Shown: positions 19,672 through 29,664, counted from the stretch's first letter. The stretch is 64,000 nucleotides of DNA from Hydrogenophilales bacterium (GCA_902627495.1 CACOJS010000003.1:42895-106894), one strand, 5' to 3'. Program-made: numbers and translations. Notes: generated by a model not told the origin, from the sequence alone.

Positions 19672-20421
19672 ATGGATCTACAATTAGCTTTTATTGTTTC
19701 GGTCATATTCTTTTGTGCTGGTCTAGTAAAAGGTGTGGTAGGTTTTGGGCTACCCACCATTAGTCTGGGACTCATATGTTTGATCAGTGATTTGAAGTCT
19801 GCAGTGGTTTTGTTGCTTTTTCCTTCGTTCGCAACAAATATTTGGCAGTCTTTGTCAGGCGGTGAGGCTTTTACCCTTCTGAAGCGATTTTGGCACCTCT
19901 ACATATTCACTTTGCCAACGATTTGGTTCGGTGTGATATTTTTTGAGGACCTTGATCAGCAATTGGGGGAAACGTTGTTAGGATTATTGCTTCTTATGTA
20001 TGCTAGTTATGGATTATTGGGATTCAAATTCACCATCACACGGGGTATGGAAAAAATCGTAGGGGGTATAGCCGGGGGTTTAAATGGTTGCTTTACCGGT
20101 CTTACCGGATCTTTTGTGTTCCCGGGCATAATGTATCTCCAATCGACGGGTCTAAAGCCAGGGTCTCTAATCCAAGCGATGGGCATATTATTTACTGTTT
20201 CAACGATAGCTCTAGGTGTGGCTCTTTATCATAATGATCGTATAACATTAGATTTAACCGTGACGTCCATACTCGCACTGCTACCTACCACGTTAGGATT
20301 TTTGTTGGGCTCTACCTTGAGGAATCAAATGTCGGAGAAGCAGTTTAGAAATGTGTTGTATGCTGCTATCTTGCTGTTGGGCTTTGCGTTGCTGGGTGGG
20401 ACGGGGGATGGTGGTAAATAA
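19672..20421 (+). CDS. Sulfite exporter TauE/SafE family membrane protein
   Basis: AGLVKGVVGFG repeat-1 motif, G.LNG.FTGLTG repeat-2 motif, about 8 TM segments. Confidence 0.88.
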   Translation: MDLQLAFIVSVIFFCAGLVKGVVGFGLPTISLGLICLISDLKSAVVLLLFPSFATNIWQSLSGGEAFTLLKRFWHLYIFTLPTIWFGVIFFEDLDQQLGETLLGLLLLMYASYGLLGFKFTITRGMEKIVGGIAGGLNGCFTGLTGSFVFPGIMYLQSTGLKPGSLIQAMGILFTVSTIALGVALYHNDRITLDLTVTSILALLPTTLGFLLGSTLRNQMSEKQFRNVLYAAILLLGFALLGGTGDGGK

Positions 20422-20731
20422 AAAGAAGGGCGGGAAACCCAGTCCTGACCAAAAGTATAGAAATACCAAGTTAACCTTATAACTGGACGCCCTGGCTACA
20501 TGCTTCTCTCTTGGATCATACATCCAATTGATATTCTTTTTTTTACCGCCTAGTTCGTCATCTGTATTTTAAATTCAATATTTCTTGTCGTAAATCACTG
20601 TTACGTGTTTTACAGAAACAAAAGTTTTTTCTTAAGCAGTATGTTATCTTTAGGGAGAATATAAGGTAAGGTAATTCAGATATATTTCTCAGATATTCGT
20701 GTTATTGAACGAGGAGTTCCAGCAAGAGATT

Positions 20732-23473
20732 ATGAATCCTTTAGAAATTGAAGAAGCCTTGTTAACCTTATCTAAAAAGTCTTTTCAAGCAAAGAATTTC
20801 CCTTACGCTTTTTTTGAGGCCTTGGGGCATAAAAGAGCCAAAATCAAAACGTCCCGTGGCTTTGGTAATATTTCAAATACCAAATATGGGTTATTATTGC
20901 CAAATAATCTGCATATGTTAGTAGCTGCCACTGGGGAGGTTGCCAAAACCTTACAGCATCTTCGTTTGGCACCAGACACCAGAAAATATAAATGCAAAAT
21001 AATCATCTCCACGGATGGAGAAGAATTAGCTGCTGAAAATATTTTGAGTGGTGAGATCGTTGCTTGTCAATTTACAGATTTTCCAGATCATTCTGATTTT
21101 TTTCTGCCCTTGGCTGGAATCTCAACAATTGAAGACACTACCAACAATCCTATTGATATAGAAGCTGCCCGTAAATTGCGACTTCTCTATAGTGAGCTGC
21201 TAAAATATAATGAAAACTGGAAAAACAATAGACGTCGACATTATTTAAATCAGCTGATAGCACGTTTAATATTCTGTTTCTTTGCTGAAGATGTCGGTAT
21301 CTTTTATAAAAAAAAAATATTTACCCGAACCATTGAGAGACTGAGTTGCCGAAAACCTGAAGAGACGCGACATGCACTACTTACTTTTTTTCAAGCACTA
21401 TACTTAAGTTCTGCAGATCGAAAAAAAAAGGGACTACCTGAATGGACTTACGACTATCCCAAGGTGAGAGGAACATTATTTGCTGAGGAATGTGATGTGC
21501 CAAATTTCTCTGAATATGCTCGGCGACATCTTATTTTTGCTGGTAACCTTAATTGGAAAAAAATTAACCCTGATATTTTCGGGTCAATGATTCAATCTCT
21601 TGCTGAGCAAAAAGAGCGTGGTTCGGTTGGTTTGCATTATACCAGTGTCCCTAACATTCTTAAGGTATTGAACCCTTTGTTTTTGGATGATTTGCGGCAA
21701 GAATTGGATTCAGCTGGTAATAATATAAGTCAACTGGTGAGGTTAAAACAAAGAATCTCAAAAATTACAGTTTTTGATCCTTCCTGCGGTTCAGGAAACT
21801 TTCTTGTAATTGCTTATAAGAAAATTCGTGCTATTGAATATGAAGTCAACAAAAGGCTAGATGAAACTCACTCCAAATCAGTAATTTTACTGAGTAACTT
21901 TCGTGGTATTGAACTGCTCAGTTTTGTCAGTGAGATTGCACGTCTTGCACTAGTCATAGCTAAATACCAATGTGACAAGCGTTACATTGTTCAAAAGAGT
22001 GTCTTTTCGGATTCAATTTCATTTGGGACTGAAAATTGGGTGGTTACCGGTAATGCACTCCAGATGAATTGGTTTTCGATCTGTCCACCGCGGTGGAAAA
22101 AAATTAAAAATAAGGGTGAAGATTTGTTGCATAAATCCCGTGATTGGCCCGAGAGTTACGTGCATAGCTTAGAGGGAGAGACATTTATTTGCGGGAACCC
22201 ACCGTTCGCAGGTCACTTAAGAAAGACGAAATCACAAAGAGATGATATGGCTCTAATATTACCAAAGTATATCAAACACTATAACCAACTTGATTATGTT
22301 GCCGCATTTTTTGTTAAAACTTTACAATATCTTTCTCAGACTTCAGTTCAGTGTGCATACGTTGCGACAAGCTCGATTACGCAAGGAAGACAGGTCCCAG
22401 TTCTTTGGCCTGTTCTGGAAACATTTGGCGTCGAAATAAGATTTGCTCACAGACCATTCCTTTGGACAAATAATGTTGCTAATTATGCATCTGTTTTTGT
22501 GGTGGTCATAGGGATCGCGAAAAAATCAAAACAGAAAAAGTTTATTTTTGAACAAAACAAAAAAATTGCAGTAAGAAGAATTAATGGTTATCTAACTGCT
22601 GGGGCTAACGTATTGGTTGAAAAGAGGAAAACCCCAATTTCCCCAAATCTGGAAGTAATGCACTCGGGCAATATGCCATTAGATGGGGGTAATTTAATTT
22701 TAACAGAAACCGAAGCAGCCGATCTTTTAGCTGCTTATCCAAGTTCCAAAAAATTCTTGAAACCAATTGTGGGAGCAAGGGAGATTAATCAAGGCTTGAG
22801 GCGATTTTGTTTGTGGATTAGAGACGCTGATGTGGAGGAGGCTAGGTCCATACCGCCGATAGCAAGTCGGATTATAAGCTGCCGTAATTTCAGGCTTCAG
22901 TCAAGTGCAGCTGGGCTGGCTAATACGCCTCATGCTTTTAGAGATCGTCATAGAGAGACAGAATACTCTATTCTTCTTCCCAATCTTTCGTCTGAACGAC
23001 GTAATTACCGAATACCTATCATAGCCCCTAAGGGAACAGTCGCTACAAATCTTGCTTTGGCAATTTATGATGGAGAAATTTTTCAATATAGCATCCTTGC
23101 TAGCCGGATGCATCATGTTTGGGTGATGGCAGTTTGCGGAAAACTAAAGCAAGATTTTCGTTACTCAAATACTATGGGGTGGCATACATTTCCCCTGCCC
23201 AGATTGAGCGATAGACAAAAGCTTGAACTTTCGGAATCGGCAAGAACTTTAATCATGGTAATCGAGAGTTACTCCCCTTTGTCACTTAATGAGCTCTATA
23301 ATAGCTATGAGTTAGATAAAAAATTAAAAATTTGTCATGAGAAAAATGATGAATTGGTAGAAAAGATTTATGTTGATCAGCAATTTAATAATGATTCTGA
23401 ACGACTCGAAAGATTATTTGATTTGTACAGTAAAATGAGAAAAATTGAGTGTGAAAACGATAAAATGTTGTAA
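20732..23473 (+). CDS. MmeI/YeeA-type N6-adenine DNA methyltransferase with fused target-recognition domain
   Basis: INPDIFGSMIQ, HYTSVPNILKVLNPLFLD, motif I FDPSCGSGNF, motif IV GNPPF, C-terminal SSERR and FRYSNTMGWHTFP. Start likely ATG 20732 (MNPLEIEEA). Confidence 0.9.
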   Translation: MNPLEIEEALLTLSKKSFQAKNFPYAFFEALGHKRAKIKTSRGFGNISNTKYGLLLPNNLHMLVAATGEVAKTLQHLRLAPDTRKYKCKIIISTDGEELAAENILSGEIVACQFTDFPDHSDFFLPLAGISTIEDTTNNPIDIEAARKLRLLYSELLKYNENWKNNRRRHYLNQLIARLIFCFFAEDVGIFYKKKIFTRTIERLSCRKPEETRHALLTFFQALYLSSADRKKKGLPEWTYDYPKVRGTLFAEECDVPNFSEYARRHLIFAGNLNWKKINPDIFGSMIQSLAEQKERGSVGLHYTSVPNILKVLNPLFLDDLRQELDSAGNNISQLVRLKQRISKITVFDPSCGSGNFLVIAYKKIRAIEYEVNKRLDETHSKSVILLSNFRGIELLSFVSEIARLALVIAKYQCDKRYIVQKSVFSDSISFGTENWVVTGNALQMNWFSICPPRWKKIKNKGEDLLHKSRDWPESYVHSLEGETFICGNPPFAGHLRKTKSQRDDMALILPKYIKHYNQLDYVAAFFVKTLQYLSQTSVQCAYVATSSITQGRQVPVLWPVLETFGVEIRFAHRPFLWTNNVANYASVFVVVIGIAKKSKQKKFIFEQNKKIAVRRINGYLTAGANVLVEKRKTPISPNLEVMHSGNMPLDGGNLILTETEAADLLAAYPSSKKFLKPIVGAREINQGLRRFCLWIRDADVEEARSIPPIASRIISCRNFRLQSSAAGLANTPHAFRDRHRETEYSILLPNLSSERRNYRIPIIAPKGTVATNLALAIYDGEIFQYSILASRMHHVWVMAVCGKLKQDFRYSNTMGWHTFPLPRLSDRQKLELSESARTLIMVIESYSPLSLNELYNSYELDKKLKICHEKNDELVEKIYVDQQFNNDSERLERLFDLYSKMRKIECENDKML

Positions 23474-23632
23474 AGAAATAGGTATTTAAACTATCTTGAT
23501 TTGTAACTTTGAGGACCAATCAAATTTAGGGTATGTGCACAAATGATGAAGTCACGCTTATTTATTTTCTCAGCCTTATGAGCATCCATGTTATTGTTAA
23601 ACGAAATCATATAAACAAGGGAGGATAAAACG

Positions 23633-24268
23633 ATGGAGCTTCTACTAGACCCTATTACAGTAAATAGCAGGAAAGTTTTGGCTGGATTTAAATTAATAGG
23701 TGCAGATTATACAGTCAATAAAATAGATTATTTTCAGGGAAAACAACAGAGTGCGGAATTTGTTGCGGTTAACCCGAATGCAGCATTACCGGCCTTAAGG
23801 GACGGGGATTTTACTCTTTGGGAATCAAATGCAATCATGCAATATGCGGCTGATAAACTTGGCAATACCGAGGCATATCCTACGGAATTGACTCAGCGTG
23901 CTGACGTTAACAGATGGCTTTTATGGGAGTGTAGTTCGTGGTTTTCCTCCTGCTACAAATATTTGGTAGAAAATTGTGTTAAACCGCTTTTGGGTGACAA
24001 AACTGATCAAAACGTACTTGCTACGGAAGGCCCAAATTTTAATAAACTGGCCGGAATATTGGATAACAGGTTATCAGGTAGTAGGTACCTTTGCGGCGAC
24101 AGACCAACGATAGCTGATGTGGCGATTGCCGCTCCAATGCATTTGCACTCATGGGCAAAATTACCCCTTCAAGACCATAAAAACTTAGTTAGATGGATGA
24201 CTGAAGATGTGGAAAAAAATTCTTGGTGGATTGAAACTACAGTGTTAGAGGGATTTCAGCTTCCTTAG
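23633..24268 (+). CDS. Glutathione S-transferase family protein
   Basis: VNPNAALPALRDGDFTLWESNAI, PTIADVA; GGAGG RBS. Confidence 0.92.
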   Translation: MELLLDPITVNSRKVLAGFKLIGADYTVNKIDYFQGKQQSAEFVAVNPNAALPALRDGDFTLWESNAIMQYAADKLGNTEAYPTELTQRADVNRWLLWECSSWFSSCYKYLVENCVKPLLGDKTDQNVLATEGPNFNKLAGILDNRLSGSRYLCGDRPTIADVAIAAPMHLHSWAKLPLQDHKNLVRWMTEDVEKNSWWIETTVLEGFQLP

Positions 24269-24293
24269 AGGATTTGTTTAGTGAGGTAATAGA

Positions 24294-25247
24294 ATGAATA
24301 GTCAGGGTATTTTAAATTATATGTCTCCAGAGGCAAAAAGCTCTCTGTACCGTAATGGTAAAGTTTTGACTCGCAGAGACCTGGAGGGTAGCGACTCAAG
24401 TTGGATCGGGGTCAATTTCAAAGAACATGAAGTTGTTATAAACGATGGACGTTCAAGTGGTGCCGCTACACTCGAGAAGCAGGGCTTCGAGTTGATTGAA
24501 GATGATATGGAAAACTTGGCAATTGATTTTTTTGATAACAATGCGGTCTTGTTTGATTATTACCCCCGATGTGTAGATATCGTAAAGAAAGCTACCGGAG
24601 CCCAAACCGTTTATGCTTTTGACCATAATATTCGTTCTGCGGCGGGAAAAAAGTCAAAAAAAATGATCACTGGAGGGCAACAGGTGCAGGGGCCGGCTCA
24701 CGCAGTGCATGGAGATTACACTTTAACAAGTGCTCCAGCAAGGGTGGATCAATTGTCAAAGCCACCTGGAAAAAATGACACCATCAGAAGTATAGTGAAG
24801 GAGCAAGGAAGCCTAGTATCTCCAAAAGAGGCAGGGCACGCCTTAAACGGTGGTCGATTTGCCATCATTAATGTTTGGCGGAGTATTGTCCCCGAGCCTG
24901 TAGAAATTAATCCCCTGGCCCTTTGTGATGCCTCAAAAGTTCATCCTGATGATTTGGTGGTATTTGAAATACATTATGCAGACCGGATTGGTGAGAACTA
25001 TTTTGCGAAATTTAATCCAAACCATAGTTGGTGGTTTTATCCTGAGATGAATCGAACGGAAGCACTTTTGATCAAGCAATGGGACAGTGAAGGGGGATTA
25101 GCGAAAAGTAGAGGTAAAAAGCCAGATGGGGACTTCCTTGATTCTCCTTGTAGTTTTAGTTTCCATAGTGCGTTTGAGGATCCGTCTACGCGTGAAGGTG
25201 CACCAGACAGGTGGAGTATGGAGGTGAGATGCCTAGCTATCTTTTAG
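24294..25247 (+). CDS. CmcJ/NvfI (AsaB-like) family oxidoreductase, probably Fe/2OG-type
   Basis: TLEKQGFEL, YYP, FDHNIR, VHGDYT (HxD), INVWRSI, PLALCDA, FHSAF, RWSMEVR motifs. Confidence 0.8.
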   Translation: MNSQGILNYMSPEAKSSLYRNGKVLTRRDLEGSDSSWIGVNFKEHEVVINDGRSSGAATLEKQGFELIEDDMENLAIDFFDNNAVLFDYYPRCVDIVKKATGAQTVYAFDHNIRSAAGKKSKKMITGGQQVQGPAHAVHGDYTLTSAPARVDQLSKPPGKNDTIRSIVKEQGSLVSPKEAGHALNGGRFAIINVWRSIVPEPVEINPLALCDASKVHPDDLVVFEIHYADRIGENYFAKFNPNHSWWFYPEMNRTEALLIKQWDSEGGLAKSRGKKPDGDFLDSPCSFSFHSAFEDPSTREGAPDRWSMEVRCLAIF

Positions 25248-25284
25248 TTTTAGTTACCGCGAGCGGGTTGTGTAGAGGTGAATT

Positions 25285-26004
25285 ATGATAGCACCGGATG
25301 GACGGGTAGTTATGATATCCGGGGCAAATAGAGGGATTGGCCTAGCCATTGCTACTAATCTGTATTCGGCAGGTTTTTGTTTAAGTCTTGGTGCTAGGGA
25401 TGATACTGGACTGAAAAACATTATTAAGGAGTGGGATAAGAGCAGAGTTTTAGTTTGCCGATATGATGCACTAGATAAGGAAAGCCACACGGCTTGGATA
25501 AACTCAACCGTTAGTAATTTTGGGCGGTTAGATGGTCTAGTCAATAACGCGGGTATTTGGAAGAACTTTTCTGTATTCGATGAGAGTGGGGATGAGGAAG
25601 ATCTAGATTTAATGTGGGCGGTAAATGTAAAATCGCCGGTGTCTCTTACAAAGAACGCTCTACCTCACCTGAGGAAATCCGGGGTGGGTCGTGTGGTGAA
25701 TGTGGCTTCCCTGGCCGGTAAGGCAGTTTTTGGCAGTGAAGTCGGCTACTCTATGACTAAATTTGCCTTGGTGGCACTTTCTCATGCCATTCGACAGGGC
25801 GGTTGGGATGATGGTGTGCGTTGCACTGCATTATGCCCGGGATATGTGGCGACAGATCTAACAAGTTCAGTGGAAAGTATGCCCTTAGAGGAAATGACAT
25901 CTCCTCATGACCTCGCTGAGCTTGTGAAAACCATCCTTTGCTTGTCAAATACAGCTTCGGTAGCAGAATTAGTTGTGAATTGTCGACCAGATATAGTAGC
26001 TTAG
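25285..26004 (+). CDS. Short-chain dehydrogenase/reductase
   Basis: SGANRGIG, VNNAG, S...YSMTK catalytic motif, CPGYVAT. Confidence 0.93.
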   Translation: MIAPDGRVVMISGANRGIGLAIATNLYSAGFCLSLGARDDTGLKNIIKEWDKSRVLVCRYDALDKESHTAWINSTVSNFGRLDGLVNNAGIWKNFSVFDESGDEEDLDLMWAVNVKSPVSLTKNALPHLRKSGVGRVVNVASLAGKAVFGSEVGYSMTKFALVALSHAIRQGGWDDGVRCTALCPGYVATDLTSSVESMPLEEMTSPHDLAELVKTILCLSNTASVAELVVNCRPDIVA

Positions 26005-26216
26005 GCATTTGGTGTATTGCCTAAATCTAATCCCTAGAAAACGCAGATCAAGAGGAACTCAGTTTTTTTAAACTGCTGATTTTAATAATATTGCCAAGGT
26101 CTCTAGTGGAGTAGTTGGTTTAGTGGAAATCCTATCTTGTGATCATAAAATAGCTGTACTATAGTTGTTTAATATATCTGGATGGGGATGAACAACGGTA
26201 TTTATTTTGTATAGTA

Positions 26217-26245
26217 TTGACATGATCAAGCTCTCTTGTAATACT
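26217..26245 (+). promoter_or_regulatory. Possible sigma70 promoter for the cytochrome c / dehydrogenase pair
   Basis: Perfect TTGACA (26217-22), 17-nt spacer ending in TG-n, then AATACT. Confidence 0.35.
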
Positions 26246-26319
26246 TTTTCGGTAGCTAAGACCGACGTTTATTTTGTTTTAAGTTAAGTTTAAAAAGAGG
26301 TCGGAAATGTGATTTTTAA

Positions 26320-26658
26320 TTGGGTGGGGAGTTTATTATTAAGTTTACTAGGGGGCTATTTTTATTATTCCTTCTTTATTTCTCGGGGTATTCATGGGGT
26401 GGTGACAAGGTAGCAGGCGAGGCTAGATATAAAAAAACCTGTATAAATTGCCATGGACCAGCAGGTAAGGGTGCAGCAAGTTACCCAAAAATATCCGGAA
26501 GAGAAATTTCTTATGTAACGTCAAAGTTGGAAACTTACAGAGATGGTATTGAAATTGGTCCAAACTCAGGTTTGATGATAATGATGGCGAAACCTTTGAC
26601 TGATGAAGAAATTGCGAATTTAGCTGCATATTTAAAAGATGCAAAATATACCAACTAA
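26320..26658 (+). CDS. Monoheme class I cytochrome c (c553/c4-like)
   Basis: Signal peptide, CINCHG heme motif, YPKISG, distal Met region LMIMMAKPLTDEEIANLAAY. Confidence 0.92.
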   Translation: MGGEFIIKFTRGLFLLFLLYFSGYSWGGDKVAGEARYKKTCINCHGPAGKGAASYPKISGREISYVTSKLETYRDGIEIGPNSGLMIMMAKPLTDEEIANLAAYLKDAKYTN

Positions 26659-26672
26659 ATAGGAGTTTTCTT

Positions 26673-27992
26673 ATGAAACTAGTAGGGAATGTTAAGTTTA
26701 TCTCAACAGTTCTGGCATCCGCTATGGTACTGTTTGGATTACACTCTAACGCTATTGCTGGCCATCATGAAGGAATGGATGTGCCTTCCATAAAATCGTC
26801 AGTGGTTATGTCTGGCCTAGAAAATCCATGGGACATGGCTTTTTTACCCGACGGTACCATGTTCTATACCGAAAAATGTAAAGGTCTTTCAGTAAGAACT
26901 ACGGGTGGAAAAGTGCATGCGTTATATGGAATGAAAGGTTCAAAAGGGTACAAAAGCTCTGGTAAGGACCTATTCTGCGATGGCCAAGCTGGAATGCTAG
27001 GAGTGGTGGCAGATCGTAACTTTGCAAGTAACCGCACGCTTTACGTTTATTCAACCTCCAACAAGTATTATGGCTCGGGTTGTAAAACTAATTTTGAGAA
27101 GTGTGATGGCAACATTGTTATGAAATTTAAAGTTGCTAAGAACTTAAAGAGTGTTTCTGGTCGTACCGACATCGTTAAAGATATTCAATACAAGCCATTT
27201 AAGTCCGACCAACCATTCGGTGGTCCTGGTGCCCATAATGGTGGTAGGATCCGTATTGGACCGGGGGGATACCTTTGGGTTGGAACTGGTGACCGTCACA
27301 GAGGAATTTGTCCGCAGGATAATTCATTACTCTGTGGTGTTGTTCTAAGGATTGATGGGGACGGAAACGCACACCCAGATAATAATCCACCTGCAGGTTC
27401 CGACAAACGTATTTATACTTATGGTCACAGAAATGTTCAAGGGATAGATTTCCGTCCAAGTGATGGTAGAGCATTTACTGCCGAGCATGGACCATGGCAT
27501 AACGATGAAATTACTGCACTAGTTAATGGTGGTAATGGTGGTTGGGATCCTGCTCAGAAGAGAGGTGGTAGAAGTGCCTGTCCAGACGAGTACTGTGGGT
27601 ATGAGCCTAACCAAATGGAGGGCATGGACCCTGCAGTACGTGCGGCTTACACACCAATGAGTGATACTCGCTTTAAAGACCTCATGCCACCTGCATGGAA
27701 CAATAACGGGTTTTCACAAGGAACCGGATCCGCAGCATTCCTCAAAGGTAGTAACTGGGGTATCTGGGAAGGCCGGCTAACTGCAGGTATCATGGGAATT
27801 GCCTTTGGTGATACACCAGCCGGATCTCGTATTGATATATACGATATTGCAGCTGATGGCCTATCAATCAAAACTGTTACCCGCATGCCTCTTGGATTCT
27901 CAAAGAGATTTCGTGGCCTAGTAATGGGACCGGATAATGCGTTATACACAGCTACTGATGAAGGTGAGATTTATAAAATCACAGCTAACTAA
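26673..27992 (+). CDS. PQQ-dependent sugar dehydrogenase (GSDH / soluble aldose dehydrogenase family)
   Basis: Signal peptide, GLENPWDMAFLPDG, HNGGRIRIGPGGYLWVGTGD, YGHRNVQG, EHGP..DEI motifs. Confidence 0.9.
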   Translation: MKLVGNVKFISTVLASAMVLFGLHSNAIAGHHEGMDVPSIKSSVVMSGLENPWDMAFLPDGTMFYTEKCKGLSVRTTGGKVHALYGMKGSKGYKSSGKDLFCDGQAGMLGVVADRNFASNRTLYVYSTSNKYYGSGCKTNFEKCDGNIVMKFKVAKNLKSVSGRTDIVKDIQYKPFKSDQPFGGPGAHNGGRIRIGPGGYLWVGTGDRHRGICPQDNSLLCGVVLRIDGDGNAHPDNNPPAGSDKRIYTYGHRNVQGIDFRPSDGRAFTAEHGPWHNDEITALVNGGNGGWDPAQKRGGRSACPDEYCGYEPNQMEGMDPAVRAAYTPMSDTRFKDLMPPAWNNNGFSQGTGSAAFLKGSNWGIWEGRLTAGIMGIAFGDTPAGSRIDIYDIAADGLSIKTVTRMPLGFSKRFRGLVMGPDNALYTATDEGEIYKITAN

Positions 27993-28010
27993 GAGTCAGA
28001 AGCTTAATCC

Positions 28011-28047
28011 AATACTCGCGTTGCTAAAACAGCGCGAGTATTTTTTT
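28011..28047 (+). terminator. Rho-independent terminator
   Basis: 13-bp stem AATACTCGCGTTG/CAGCGCGAGTATT with one G-U pair, followed by a T run. Confidence 0.85.
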
Positions 28048-28189
28048 ATACCAATCAAGAAACAGAGTAGAGGTTTGAGAGTTTTTTTTTTATCACTCGT
28101 TGCCTAACTAGTCTTTTTTATCTAAACAAATAATCTCTACCAAAATCCTAAATTTTTGTCGTATTTATGGACAGTAGCCCACAAGGCTT

Positions 28190-28573
28190 TTAATTTTTGC
28201 ACATAAGCTTGGCTAAAGCTTCCAAAGCATCGTTTCCATTGATATCTGTTTTAGTTTTTCTCTTAGTGTCAGTGGCCATAGCAGGTAGTGTCCAGTTGTC
28301 GTCGATATAAAAAGTACTTTGTAGAGTTGTCTCTGAATAATCGGCACAGTCTATTCTAATAAGACTCTGATAGCTTTCCGCTCCCATCATAGACGTTTTA
28401 TACCTCACTCTATTCCATACATTGACTAAATTATTTTCTTTTTGAATTCTGTTTCTATCATAGAAAAAAACATCTCCATTAGATCCATCAAAATACTTAT
28501 TCCATTCACCCATAACACTTCCTGATAAGGACATTATGAAACACATCAGTAATCTCTTTCGGTTGGTAGTCAC
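28190..28573 (-). CDS. Surface-adhesin E family protein
   Basis: Signal peptide, then EW...G..FFYD..RI.K....VNVW and IDC motifs. Confidence 0.65.
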   Translation of the reverse strand: MTTNRKRLLMCFIMSLSGSVMGEWNKYFDGSNGDVFFYDRNRIQKENNLVNVWNRVRYKTSMMGAESYQSLIRIDCADYSETTLQSTFYIDDNWTLPAMATDTKRKTKTDINGNDALEALAKLMCKN

Positions 28574-28878
28574 TTGAGCGGTCAGTTAATAGTATATTAA
28601 ACAGCACAACGCAGTTAAGATAGTAATGCTCACTATGGAAAAACCAATTAAGCCTGCTCTCAGCTACATTATACCACTGAGTTTTTCTAAAAATATTTAA
28701 ACCTATATTGCACGATTCATGTTCCATAATTTTAATAGGATCTTTGGTTTTTTTACATAAGATGGCTATTCAATATGTATAAACTCTACTCAAGTACCTA
28801 CAATTTTCTTGTGAATGTACTTTTGGCATAGGTATGCTTGTGTAAATTCATGAAACCGACATAATTAAAATTTAATAC

Positions 28879-29088
28879 AGTAAACACGTATGGTTATTGA
28901 TACTAGGTACAGGTGATTGTTTGGCTGATAGGCTTCCAGATCATCCCAGACATCCTAATGGGGTAAATCCCTATGCTCATGTGGCTTTAATGGTGAAAAG
29001 TCATTTCAAGCAAAGTTACAAAGATTTGCCGGAAAATCATCTCCCAGAAGTGGTTGAACATTTATAGTCAATTATAAAAGAAGGATAA
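28879..29088 (+). pseudogene. Degenerate small hypothetical protein (LPDHPxHPxGxNPYAHV family)
   Basis: Not in the ORF track. Reads SKHVWLLILGTGDCLADRLPDHPRHPNGVNPYAHVALMVKSHFKQSYKDLPENHLPEVVEHL*SIIKEG*; no upstream ATG; TAG at 29065. Confidence 0.6.
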
Positions 29089-29187
29089 CTTAAATCAAGT
29101 TTTCCAGTTTCTGATGTCTGGCACCCTTTACAATTGATTGATAGTATTTAAGGTCTAAGGTTAGAAGGCTCGGTAAAAGACCATTTT

Positions 29188-29664
29188 TTATCGATAACCA
29201 GTTTTTTTTTGTGAAATCAAAATTCCATTTAAGTCGGCATATAACCAGTATCCGGGATTAATCCTAATATTATTTATAAATATACTAACGTTAGTTTTAC
29301 CTTTTCCTTCTTTTTTGCTTTTTCTAGGGCAAGCACCAAGAGCCATAATCCCTATATTTATTTTTGCTAAAATTTCAACGTCTCGTATATAGCCATCGAC
29401 AATAATTCCTGCCCATCCATTTTTCTTTGCCATTGAAGCAATATTATCCCCTAAAAGAGCTACATTTTTTGACTTTTTTCCACTTATGACAAGGATTCCA
29501 CCATTGCTATCATTCGATAGTTGTTTTTTTACTAGCGAATTGTCTTCAAAACAGTCTACAGTACTGATGGGACCCGAGAAACTTAAAATTCCTCCGTAAT
29601 GGATAAAGTCTGTTATAACTTTGGTATCAGGGTAATTGTCACTTATGTCAGGTGTTGAGACCAT
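29188..29664 (-). CDS. rraA: RraA family protein (regulator of RNase E / HMG aldolase-like)
   Basis: TPDISD, FSGPISTVDCFEDNSLV, ALLGDNIA, GWAGIIVDGYIRD, LYADLNGI. Confidence 0.9.
   Translation of the reverse strand: MVSTPDISDNYPDTKVITDFIHYGGILSFSGPISTVDCFEDNSLVKKQLSNDSNGGILVISGKKSKNVALLGDNIASMAKKNGWAGIIVDGYIRDVEILAKINIGIMALGACPRKSKKEGKGKTNVSIFINNIRINPGYWLYADLNGILISQKKTGYR

Noticed and set aside
21308..21429. A10 and A9 runs in the methyltransferase as phase-variation tracts
   Set aside because: A8-A9 runs also occur in ffh and other genes of this AT-rich sequence; the frame is intact and nothing indicates slippage.
26217..26229. FNR box upstream of cytochrome c (TTGACATGATCAA)
   Set aside because: The spacer is 3 nt rather than the required 4; it is better explained as a -35 element.
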